Source: a virus (lineage: Duplodnaviria > Heunggongvirae > Uroviricota > Caudoviricetes). Taken from it: DNA of 53,254 nucleotides. Below, in pieces: positions 45,134-53,254 of the stretch. The number at the start of each line of letters is the position of its first letter. The first letter of the stretch is position 1. Position numbers and translations under genes: made by a program. The notes beneath the pieces were generated by a model. It was not told where the DNA came from and did not search any database. It worked only from the letters and a program-made list of their open reading frames with translations. The stretch covers positions 1 to 53,254 of the IMG/VR virus record IMGVR_UViG_2563366998_000011; one strand, given 5' to 3'.

Positions 45134-45606
45134 ACGTTGATACGCCAGCACAAGGACTTAGCCTATTGACCGCGCAGAATCAGGAGTTCAAGAAGGCTTT
45201 TTTAAATACACCTTTGCGGTTACGGATTGCCGGGAAAGATTATAACGAAAAGACGGCCCCGGCAGCGGTTAATAGTAAATACCCTGACGGAACTACCGTC
45301 ATTATTGCGCCAGTAGTTGAAGGCGGTATTGCTGGGATTGGTGTTGTAGGCTGGATCCTGATTGGTGTTTCGGTGGTTAGCGTTGCGTTCTCAATCTTTA
45401 TGTCCCGCAACATGAAGATAAAAACATCGGCAGAAAGCGCACAAGATAACACCATAACGAACAACACCTACACCAGCATTGAAAACAAGGTGGGCCAGGG
45501 TAGACCAGTGCCAATACTATTAGGTGAAATGAAAATAGGTTCAAACGTCGGATCGTTAGGCATAGACACAAGCAACAATAGAGACGCCTTAGACGTTGTA
45601 AGTTAA
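45076..45606 (+). CDS. I: Tail assembly protein I
   Basis: 176 aa; overlaps K end; hydrophobic GIGVVGWILIGV segment; position before J. Confidence 0.75.
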   Translation: MLKFRFTGNLRRYYGKVCLNVDTPAQGLSLLTAQNQEFKKAFLNTPLRLRIAGKDYNEKTAPAAVNSKYPDGTTVIIAPVVEGGIAGIGVVGWILIGVSVVSVAFSIFMSRNMKIKTSAESAQDNTITNNTYTSIENKVGQGRPVPILLGEMKIGSNVGSLGIDTSNNRDALDVVS

Positions 45607-45619
45607 CAGGAGAAAAACC

Positions 45620-48600
45620 ATGAGTAGCGGCGGCGGCAAAGCCAAAACACCAACATTATTGAACGATAACCTGTATCACAAACAGTTTTATCGTGTTTTA
45701 GATATTCTCAGCGAAGGGCCGATATACGGTCCGGTAAACCAGAAAGCGCCATTGAATGACGTGATGCTTAATGACACTCCTGTTACTGACGCAAACGGGA
45801 ATACATCAATTCCGGGGATTAGTATAGCCTGGCGCAACGGCACGGCTGACCAATCGCCGATTAATGGTTTTAACGCCATTGAGTCAACCGTTATTGTCAA
45901 CGCAAAGGTAACTCACGACACACCAATAATCAGGACTGTTTCAGATCCAAACGTTACCCGCGTCAGGTTGAATCTTGGTGTTGATGCTCTCGTTCAGTCA
46001 GATGAAAAGGGCAATCAATATAATACATCCGTCATGTTGATGGTTGATGTTAAACCGTCATCATCTTCTACGTGGTCGCTGATTAAAGACATACACATTG
46101 GCCCTGGTAAACAAAGCGGTGAATACCTGGAAGCTCACATCATTAAAGCGCCGGATGAAAAACCGTTTGATATTCGCGTTCGTCGCATAACACCAGACAG
46201 CAACGGCGATCTATTGCGGAATGATACGCGGTGGAGTAGTTACAGCGAAATAATAGATGATAATCTGTCTTATCCTCATACCGCTGTAGCTGGCGCCGTA
46301 ATTGACCATGATCAGTATACTGATACGCCTACCCGCACCTATCACCTTCGCGGCCTGATTGTTGATGTGCCTGACAACTACAACCCTGAAACGCGCACAT
46401 ATTCAGGTTTATGGCTTGGTGGATTTAAAAAGGCGTATACCAATAACCCTGCATGGCTTTTCCGGTATCTGGTTAAAAACGAGCGCTTTGGACTTGCTCG
46501 ACATGCTGGTTACATTGATGTTGATGATGGCGCTTTGTACGTGCTTTCTCAATACTGCGATCAGTTGGTTGATGATGGCTATGGTGGCCTTGAACCTCGC
46601 ATGACGCTTAACGCTTACATTACGGAGCAAATGAGCGCCCGCGACCTACTGGATAACATCGCAGGTATGTTCCGTGGTATCGCGTTATGGGACGGACAAC
46701 GTCTTACCGTGATGATTGATGCGCCACAAGATCCAATCGCCACCATCACAAATGCAAACGTCGTTGATGGCGCGTTTACTCGTTCAAGTATCGCACGCGC
46801 AGAATGCTACAACGCCGTGATCGTATCCTGGACTGACCCTGAAAACGGCTGGGAGCAATCAAAAGAATATGTCGCAGATGATAAACTAATCGCCCGTGAT
46901 GGTTATAACGAAACCACGTTGGAGGCGTTCGGTTGCACTTCACGCGGGCAAGCGCACCGCGCTGGTAAATGGCTGATCGAAACAGCGAAACGCGAGCCGT
47001 CAAAATTCACATTTAAAATGGCCCGTGACGCCATTCACTTTACGCCGGGGGATATAATCGAGATCCTCGATAATAATCGCGCAGGCGCTCGTTTAGGCGG
47101 TCGCATCGTGGCGAACAATGGCAGAGCGATCACGGTCGACAAGGTTGATTCTGAATATATCGCGGCTGGCGACACCATCAGCTTACTTGATAGCGATGGT
47201 AAATTTAAAAAACACCAGATCATCGGAGTTAACGGGAACATTATCACCCTTGCAGCCGCCCCGGCGTGGATTCGTAACGGCACTGTTTTTGCTGTATCAA
47301 CCAACGCAGCAAAACCCGTTTTATGTCGAATCACCAGTGTAGCAGAAACAGAAAATAACAGCGTATACACCATCGAGGCCGCACAGCATGATCCACATAA
47401 GCAGGCCGTAGTCGATAATGGCGCAATCTTCGAGATCAATAACGACACGCTTAATCACTTCCGCGTGCCGAACATTGAAAATCTGAAGGTGTTAAACGTT
47501 GGATCTGAAACGGTTCAATGTCGCGCAACATGGGAAACACAGACGACAACGCGTCGCCTGACCTTTGAGATTCGCGTGTATAACGCCGAAGGCGCTGTAG
47601 TTAAAAGCTACGAAACCACGAATTACAGTTATGATTTTTATGGCATTGATGCTGGCAACTACTCATTAGGCATTCGTGGCAGAAATGACACGGGCATGAA
47701 GGGTGCGGAAAGCATTGTCGATCTGGTTATTGGCGCACCAGCGGCCCCAGTTGGCGTTAATTGGGTTCCCGGTGTATTCCAGGCTACAGTTTACCCGATC
47801 AGCAGAACAACGCTCACCACTGATACCAGTTACGAGTTTTATTACTCAGGTGAAACGCAGATCACTGATCCGGCATCAATAACCACTAAAGCACAATATA
47901 CCGGGCGTGGTCATCAGTGGACGTTTGGCGGCATGAATACAGGTCACACATATTACGTTTATGTGCGCGCGCGTAACGCTTTTGGTGTGTCTGACTTTGT
48001 GGAAGCGTCAGGTAAGCCAACAGAAAACTTTGATGAAATTACCGATTACGTCACCAAAGACGTAATGAATTCCAAACAATTTAAAGAAATGGTTGGTGAC
48101 ATTAAAGATCTAGGCGACCGCACTGATCTTATCGAAAGCGCTACGAATGACCTTAAAACTGCTACTGACAACCTCAAAACTGCAACTGATAATCTGACCA
48201 ACATAACTGACGATTTAAGGACTGAAACTGACAACCTAACCATAGAAACAGGATCAATAAAAGCTGATACTGATACGCTCAAAAAAGAAACGGAAGATCT
48301 TTATAAAAAAGTTAAGGAAAACGCCGATGATATTGGACAGCATGAGTCGAGAATCGACTCGCTGGAGGTGTCTAGCGAAAAAGTTGGCAGCGAACTGGCG
48401 CAAGCAAAAGCAAGTCTGCAAAACGCCTCACTTGCTCTTATTAATAACTCGCTTGCACAGACTAACACTCGCGTAACTCTTACCGCTCAGTACAAGAAAG
48501 GCAGGACAGAGACGAAAGCGGAAATTGACCGCATTGACAACGTTATCGCTGAAGAGAAAAAAGCGACAGCGGAATCACTGGAAACCATCACGGCAGAAAT

Positions 48601-50698
48601 GAATGTGATGGACACAAACCTTAAAGGTCAGATCTCTAATGTGCAACGCGCAGTAGCTGACGAGGCCAGCGCCCGCGCTGAAGCTATTAACGGTGTAAAT
48701 GCCTCAATAAGCAATCTTGACAAGAAAACTGACGCCAGCGTAAACCGTCTTGATCAGGCAATTGCAGACGAAACAAGTGCGCGTACTCAGGCTATCAGCG
48801 ACGTGAACGCAAGTATCTCAACACTTGACAAGAAAACTGACGCCAGCGTTAAGCGCCTCGATAATGCAATATCAGATGAAACGCAGGCAAGAAGCGACGC
48901 AATAACAGTGGTTAAAGCTGATTTAACAACGCTTGAAAATAACACAAATGCCAGTGTTAGCCGTCTTGATCAAGCTATCGCTGATGAATCAAGCGCACGT
49001 GCTCAGGCGATATCAGGTATCAGCGCGACGCTTGGCGGCGTTAAAAGTGAGGTTGATAAAAACAGCGACGAGATAGATCAGGCGAAAGCAAGTCTGCAAA
49101 ACGCATCTCTGGCGCTTATTAATAACTCAATGGCGCAAAGCAAGATGAGCACTGTTATTGAGGCGAAATACAGGAAAGGACAAACAAAAACAAAAGCGGA
49201 AATAGCAAGGGTAGACACAGCAATCGCAGATGAGGCGAGCGCACGCGCAGAAGCTATTAGCAACGTTAACGCCAGCGTCAGTAGTCTTGAAAGCAAAACC
49301 GACGCGAGCGTTTCCCGTCTTGATAAAGCAATCGCAGATGAGGCGAGCGCACGCGCAGAAGCTATTAGCAACGTTAACGCCAGCGTCAGTAGTCTTGAAA
49401 GCAAAACCGACGCGAGCGTTTCCCGTCTTGATAAAGCAATCGCAGATGAGGCGAGCGCACGCGCAGAAGCTATTAGCGGGGTTAATGCGTCAATTTCCAC
49501 GCTCGATAGCAAGGTGACAAGCAACGTAACCAGGATGGATAAAGCGATCGCAGATGAGAAGAATGCACGCACTGACGCAATCAGCAGCCTTAACTCATCG
49601 CTTACCAGTACGATTAATTCGAAAGTATCCGAAGTGTCAACTGCACTTTCTACGCATGAAACATCAAGCGCGGAAAAATTTGGCCAGATCTCGGCATCTT
49701 TCGACGATGTAAACTCAAGCATCACGGAATGGTCACAGGCTATGGCAACGGCAGACGAGGCATTGTCAACCAGAATCGACCAGTTGAAAGTAACTATTAA
49801 CGGAAACACAACGGCGATAGAAACGACATCAAAAGCACTGACTGACTTCAAAGGTAACGTTGATGCGTCATATTCAATTAAGATTGCCACTGATAAAAAC
49901 GGTATGAAATACGCTACAGGAATGTCGCTCGGCCTTACTGGTAGCGGGACTAACGTTCAATCGCAGTGTATTTTCCTCGTTGACCGTTTCGTGCTTATGA
50001 CTGCGGCAGGTGGCTCCTATCAGACCCCGTTCTATGTTACTAACGGTGCTTGCTACATCCGTGATGCGTGGATCAGAGACGCATCAATCACTACCGCGAA
50101 GATTGCGCAGCAAATTCAGTCAACCAACTATAAAGCTGGTTCGGCTGGCTGGATGCTAAATAAAAACGGCAATGCGGAGTTCAACAACGTCACTGTACGC
50201 GGTACGGTGTACGCAACATCTGGTAAATTCACTGGTGAGATTCAGGCCACAAGCGGGAAGTTTAAAGGTACAGTAGAGGCAAAGTCATTTGTCGGTGACG
50301 TTGCTAACATGGGGGTTGGTCCAGATCGAGTGCTTGGGCATAACGGAAGTTATAGCGCAACCATCACATATAAAGACAGCACGGATAATGCATTGACGAA
50401 ATCAGTTATGCTTATGGCGACTATTTCATTAATGTCTGGTGAATATAGATCCACTTATAACGTAACGTTTAGTTGCGGAGATAAAAACAAAACAATTTCA
50501 TATTACGTGCCTTATGGTGGATGCACATTAACAGTGCAATGCGCTTTTTCTGGTTTAAAAGCATCAGATATTATCGGGAAAATATATTGTCCTCAAACAT
50601 CATCATCTGAAGGATACGCATATTGTACCGCGTTGTATTCTCCAACAATGATAGTAGCAAGAGGCACCGGATCATTTAGAACATCAACGACAGCATAA
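45620..50698 (+). CDS. J: Host specificity / central tail fiber protein J with expanded repetitive central region
   Basis: 1692 aa; N-terminal 900 aa and C-terminal domain colinear with lambda J (AISEGPI, FGCTSRGQAHRAG, AVQH.P.K.A.VDNGA); about 460 aa of 36-aa repeats inserted (lambda J is 1132 aa). Confidence 0.9.
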   Translation: MSSGGGKAKTPTLLNDNLYHKQFYRVLDILSEGPIYGPVNQKAPLNDVMLNDTPVTDANGNTSIPGISIAWRNGTADQSPINGFNAIESTVIVNAKVTHDTPIIRTVSDPNVTRVRLNLGVDALVQSDEKGNQYNTSVMLMVDVKPSSSSTWSLIKDIHIGPGKQSGEYLEAHIIKAPDEKPFDIRVRRITPDSNGDLLRNDTRWSSYSEIIDDNLSYPHTAVAGAVIDHDQYTDTPTRTYHLRGLIVDVPDNYNPETRTYSGLWLGGFKKAYTNNPAWLFRYLVKNERFGLARHAGYIDVDDGALYVLSQYCDQLVDDGYGGLEPRMTLNAYITEQMSARDLLDNIAGMFRGIALWDGQRLTVMIDAPQDPIATITNANVVDGAFTRSSIARAECYNAVIVSWTDPENGWEQSKEYVADDKLIARDGYNETTLEAFGCTSRGQAHRAGKWLIETAKREPSKFTFKMARDAIHFTPGDIIEILDNNRAGARLGGRIVANNGRAITVDKVDSEYIAAGDTISLLDSDGKFKKHQIIGVNGNIITLAAAPAWIRNGTVFAVSTNAAKPVLCRITSVAETENNSVYTIEAAQHDPHKQAVVDNGAIFEINNDTLNHFRVPNIENLKVLNVGSETVQCRATWETQTTTRRLTFEIRVYNAEGAVVKSYETTNYSYDFYGIDAGNYSLGIRGRNDTGMKGAESIVDLVIGAPAAPVGVNWVPGVFQATVYPISRTTLTTDTSYEFYYSGETQITDPASITTKAQYTGRGHQWTFGGMNTGHTYYVYVRARNAFGVSDFVEASGKPTENFDEITDYVTKDVMNSKQFKEMVGDIKDLGDRTDLIESATNDLKTATDNLKTATDNLTNITDDLRTETDNLTIETGSIKADTDTLKKETEDLYKKVKENADDIGQHESRIDSLEVSSEKVGSELAQAKASLQNASLALINNSLAQTNTRVTLTAQYKKGRTETKAEIDRIDNVIAEEKKATAESLETITAEMNVMDTNLKGQISNVQRAVADEASARAEAINGVNASISNLDKKTDASVNRLDQAIADETSARTQAISDVNASISTLDKKTDASVKRLDNAISDETQARSDAITVVKADLTTLENNTNASVSRLDQAIADESSARAQAISGISATLGGVKSEVDKNSDEIDQAKASLQNASLALINNSMAQSKMSTVIEAKYRKGQTKTKAEIARVDTAIADEASARAEAISNVNASVSSLESKTDASVSRLDKAIADEASARAEAISNVNASVSSLESKTDASVSRLDKAIADEASARAEAISGVNASISTLDSKVTSNVTRMDKAIADEKNARTDAISSLNSSLTSTINSKVSEVSTALSTHETSSAEKFGQISASFDDVNSSITEWSQAMATADEALSTRIDQLKVTINGNTTAIETTSKALTDFKGNVDASYSIKIATDKNGMKYATGMSLGLTGSGTNVQSQCIFLVDRFVLMTAAGGSYQTPFYVTNGACYIRDAWIRDASITTAKIAQQIQSTNYKAGSAGWMLNKNGNAEFNNVTVRGTVYATSGKFTGEIQATSGKFKGTVEAKSFVGDVANMGVGPDRVLGHNGSYSATITYKDSTDNALTKSVMLMATISLMSGEYRSTYNVTFSCGDKNKTISYYVPYGGCTLTVQCAFSGLKASDIIGKIYCPQTSSSEGYAYCTALYSPTMIVARGTGSFRTSTTA
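49220..49477 (+). repeat. Perfect 108-bp tandem duplication (2 exact copies plus partial third) inside J
   Basis: 49220-49327 and 49328-49435 identical; encodes 36-aa unit ...AIADEASARAEAISNVNASVSSLESKTDASVSRLDK; degenerate copies upstream 48640-49030. Confidence 0.9.
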
Positions 50699-50727
50699 AA
50701 AAACGGGGCATAAGCCCCGTTTTTTTA
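50697..50727. terminator. Bidirectional intrinsic terminator after J
   Basis: AAAAAAACGGGGC-ATAA-GCCCCGTTTTTTT. Confidence 0.75.
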
Positions 50728-50737
50728 TGCATTGTTT

Positions 50738-50983
50738 TTATTTTTTACACCCATCATTTACACCAGAAAAATGGATAGGTAAATTACATTCACTGTCAAT
50801 AATTTTACCTTGTAGTTGTTTTTCTTTCCATGAGTCAGTATTGAAATAACTCGAACGTTGGTTATCAAGGCCAGTATCACCATATTGAGCAGTGCCAGCA
50901 TCACTCTTATCTGTCGAATTTACAGAAGCAAAAGCACCAAAAGACAGAGCTGATAAGATGCAAGCAACAATTAGTTTTTTCAT
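50738..50983 (-). CDS. Small secreted protein (lom-position antisense moron)
   Basis: ORF 50738..51040; likely start MKKLIVACILSALSFGAFA at 50983 with AAGGTGA RBS; signal peptide; between J and side tail fiber. Confidence 0.5.
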   Translation of the reverse strand: MKKLIVACILSALSFGAFASVNSTDKSDAGTAQYGDTGLDNQRSSYFNTDSWKEKQLQGKIIDSECNLPIHFSGVNDGCKK

Positions 50984-51180
50984 TGTATTCACCTTACTGT
51001 TTGTTTTACTGTCATTTGTTGTTCGTGATGATCCACCCATCCGATGAGCAAATCACCGCAGAAGCTATCATTTCGTATGTTGATATAGATCAAAAAATAC
51101 ATTATGTATAAGCCCAAAGTGTAACACAGATTACAAAATGGTAGAATTGTTTAGTTAATTAACAAAACGGAGTTATTGCG

Positions 51181-52977
51181 ATGATTTACACAACAGGCAC
51201 TATAGCTGTTAGCGGAAACACAGTTACCGGGGCAGGGACTGAATTCAACGCCGCATTATCTCTGATCAGAGTGGGTTGCACTCTTATTGCCATTAGCGAT
51301 CCGGTGCAGATTTTTTCAATCACAAAGGTAAAAAGCGCAACAAGTTTGTCGGTAACTCCTGCGGCAAGTCCGGCTATTCCGGCTGGAACTAAATTTAGCA
51401 TCCTGCTTTCAGATTCGATCTCTGTGGATGGTCTTGCTCAGGATGTCGCCGAAACACTGCGTTACTATCAGGGCAAAGAATCAGAAATAGCGGACGCAGT
51501 TGAATTTTTTAGCGACAACAAAGATGTGATTTCAGCCTCAAAATTAGCATCACAATCAGCTACCACTGCAACCAACGCTGCAACAACAGCGACAAGCGCA
51601 GCCGATTCAGCTAAGACATACAGAGACGAAGCCCACGAATACGCCAATCAGACGGCGCAGCCTTACGCGTATGTTTTACAGCCGCTGCCGGATGTGTGGA
51701 TGCCCTTTAATGATTCGCTGGATATGATTACGGGCTATTCTCCGGGTTATAAAAAAGTGAAGATTGGCGATAATGTGGTTCAGGTTGCCAGTGATAAACA
51801 GGTTAATTTCAGTCGCGCATCAACGGCAACATATATCAACAAATCTGGCGAACTGAAAACGGCGGAAATTAATGAGCCGCGATTTGAGTGTGATGGCCTG
51901 CTTATTGAGGGACAAAGAACGAACTTCTTCCAGAACAGTACAGACCCTTCGAAGTGGAATAAGTCAACTTCACTGGACGTTACAGAAACAGGCGCAGATA
52001 GTTTCGGGTTTAATTATGGCCGGTTTGTCGTACAGGATTCGATTGTTGGTACAAGTAAAGCGCATACCATTATCGGACTGTATTCGAGTGCCGGAGGGGT
52101 TGATACTTCAGGGGACGAAAAGCATGTAACTATATCCTGTCGGGTAAAAAGTGAAGTTGATAATATCGCCGTTCGTATTTTATTTGAACATTATGATGGG
52201 GAGGTAAGGACATCAATAGGAGCAGCAAACCTGAACCTTACCACCCGCATAATTAGCAAGACAGGTCAGACAAGCCGTGTTACAGCAAGGTCTGTTAAGG
52301 ATGATGCAACTGGCTGGATATTTTTTGAGGCTACATTAAAAGCAGATACAACAGAAAATACGGTTGGTGGTTTTGTCCAGTATTCTCCGGATACAGGGCA
52401 GATGGTTACATCAGGGGATTATCTCGATGTAACCACTCCACAGATTGAGGCTGGTACAGGCGCATCATCTTTTATTGTTACGGGGACGGCACCGGCAACG
52501 CGGGCAAGCGATATGGTGACAGTCCCAATCAAGAATAACCTTTATAATCTTCCTTTTACGGTTCTTTGTGAGGTACATAAGAACTGGTATAAAACGCCAA
52601 ATGCAGCACCGCGTGTTTTTAATATCAGCGGTCATCAAACCGGAGCGGGGATCGAAATGGGGTTTGGTTCATCAGGTGGGTACGACGGTTTTCCGTATTG
52701 CAATATAAGTGGTTCAGACCGACGAATAAATGAAAATGCCGGGCTGGAAAAAATGGTTATGGGGATGCGTGTAAAAGCAGATCAATTGACATGTGCAATA
52801 AGTAACGGACGTATATCCAGCGAAATAAAAACAACCTGGACTTATATTCAAAGCTCCGCAACTATTCGTATCGGTGGTCAGACAACGACAGGACAACGTC
52901 ATTTATTTGGTCATATCAGAAATTTTCGAGTATGGCATAAGGCATTAACTGATGCGCAATTAAGCGAAATTGTTTAA
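51181..52977 (+). CDS. Side tail fiber protein (putative)
   Basis: 598 aa; Ala/Thr/Ser-rich collar SASKLASQSATTATNAATTATSAADSAKTYRDEA as in lambdoid side fibers; follows J. Confidence 0.6.
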   Translation: MIYTTGTIAVSGNTVTGAGTEFNAALSLIRVGCTLIAISDPVQIFSITKVKSATSLSVTPAASPAIPAGTKFSILLSDSISVDGLAQDVAETLRYYQGKESEIADAVEFFSDNKDVISASKLASQSATTATNAATTATSAADSAKTYRDEAHEYANQTAQPYAYVLQPLPDVWMPFNDSLDMITGYSPGYKKVKIGDNVVQVASDKQVNFSRASTATYINKSGELKTAEINEPRFECDGLLIEGQRTNFFQNSTDPSKWNKSTSLDVTETGADSFGFNYGRFVVQDSIVGTSKAHTIIGLYSSAGGVDTSGDEKHVTISCRVKSEVDNIAVRILFEHYDGEVRTSIGAANLNLTTRIISKTGQTSRVTARSVKDDATGWIFFEATLKADTTENTVGGFVQYSPDTGQMVTSGDYLDVTTPQIEAGTGASSFIVTGTAPATRASDMVTVPIKNNLYNLPFTVLCEVHKNWYKTPNAAPRVFNISGHQTGAGIEMGFGSSGGYDGFPYCNISGSDRRINENAGLEKMVMGMRVKADQLTCAISNGRISSEIKTTWTYIQSSATIRIGGQTTTGQRHLFGHIRNFRVWHKALTDAQLSEIV

Positions 52978-53254
52978 GGTGGTTAACATGAAAGACGTTA
53001 GCTTGCAATTTACTGACAAACAGCAATACAACGACATTGTGATTAATAGCGGCTTGCTGGATGCCAATTGGTCAACCGTGTTTATTGATGATATCGGTTT
53101 TGTCCTTGTATTCGACGATCCAGAAAGCGAGACACCTGTACTTATTGGGAAAAAAGGTTATTACGTCAACGTGCGTATAACTGGTGACGATGTTGATATT
53201 TCTCAGCTTGAGCCTTTCATTGTTCCAGATCCAGGCGTCCGCGCATGGGCTTAA
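52970..53254 (+). CDS. Hypothetical protein (possibly fiber-associated)
   Basis: 94 aa ORF coupled to fiber gene stop; ends at window edge with TAA. Confidence 0.4.
   Translation: MFKVVNMKDVSLQFTDKQQYNDIVINSGLLDANWSTVFIDDIGFVLVFDDPESETPVLIGKKGYYVNVRITGDDVDISQLEPFIVPDPGVRAWA

Noticed and set aside
49220-49477. Possible CRISPR array suggested by regular tandem repeats
   Set aside because: Repeats are 108 bp, contiguous with no spacers, and lie in-frame within a coding sequence; no cas genes present.
49078-49890. 270-aa minus-strand ORF (and plus-strand ORF 49230..49517) inside the J repeat region
   Set aside because: Shadow ORFs produced by the low-complexity Ala/Ser-rich 108-bp repeats; J reading frame is continuous and colinear with lambda J on both sides.

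Overview
This window is a near-complete lambdoid/P22-like temperate siphovirus prophage of an enterobacterial host, read from sequence and the ORF track alone (no database search was possible). Minus strand, 7.9 kb down to 1: an HTH gene at the Cro position, a replisome organizer, an AT-rich nuclease-like moron, an HTH/metallophosphoesterase protein, a DnaB-like helicase, NinB and an Xis/AlpA-like gene at the left edge (integrase presumably just outside). Plus strand, 8.2 to 53 kb: CI-like repressor, P22-type N antiterminator with a nut-like site, Erf, SSB, many small ORFs, Dam methylase, a membrane protein coupled to a short C5-methyltransferase-like enzyme, NinG, RusA, a Q-like zinc-finger protein, about 5 kb of small unknown genes, a phage-21-type lysis cassette, terminase, portal, head genes and a lambda-type tail (H, M, L, K, I, J, side fiber). 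The tail cluster is interrupted by an IS200 copy and three antisense moron cassettes. The most unusual observations are a tandem array of eight paralogous 22-34 aa single-helix mini-ORFs between lysis and terminase, a 10-bp motif TACAAAATGG present 8 times exactly at intergenic boundaries, the methyltransferase/transporter-like pair, and 108-bp perfect tandem repeats inside the J host-specificity gene.
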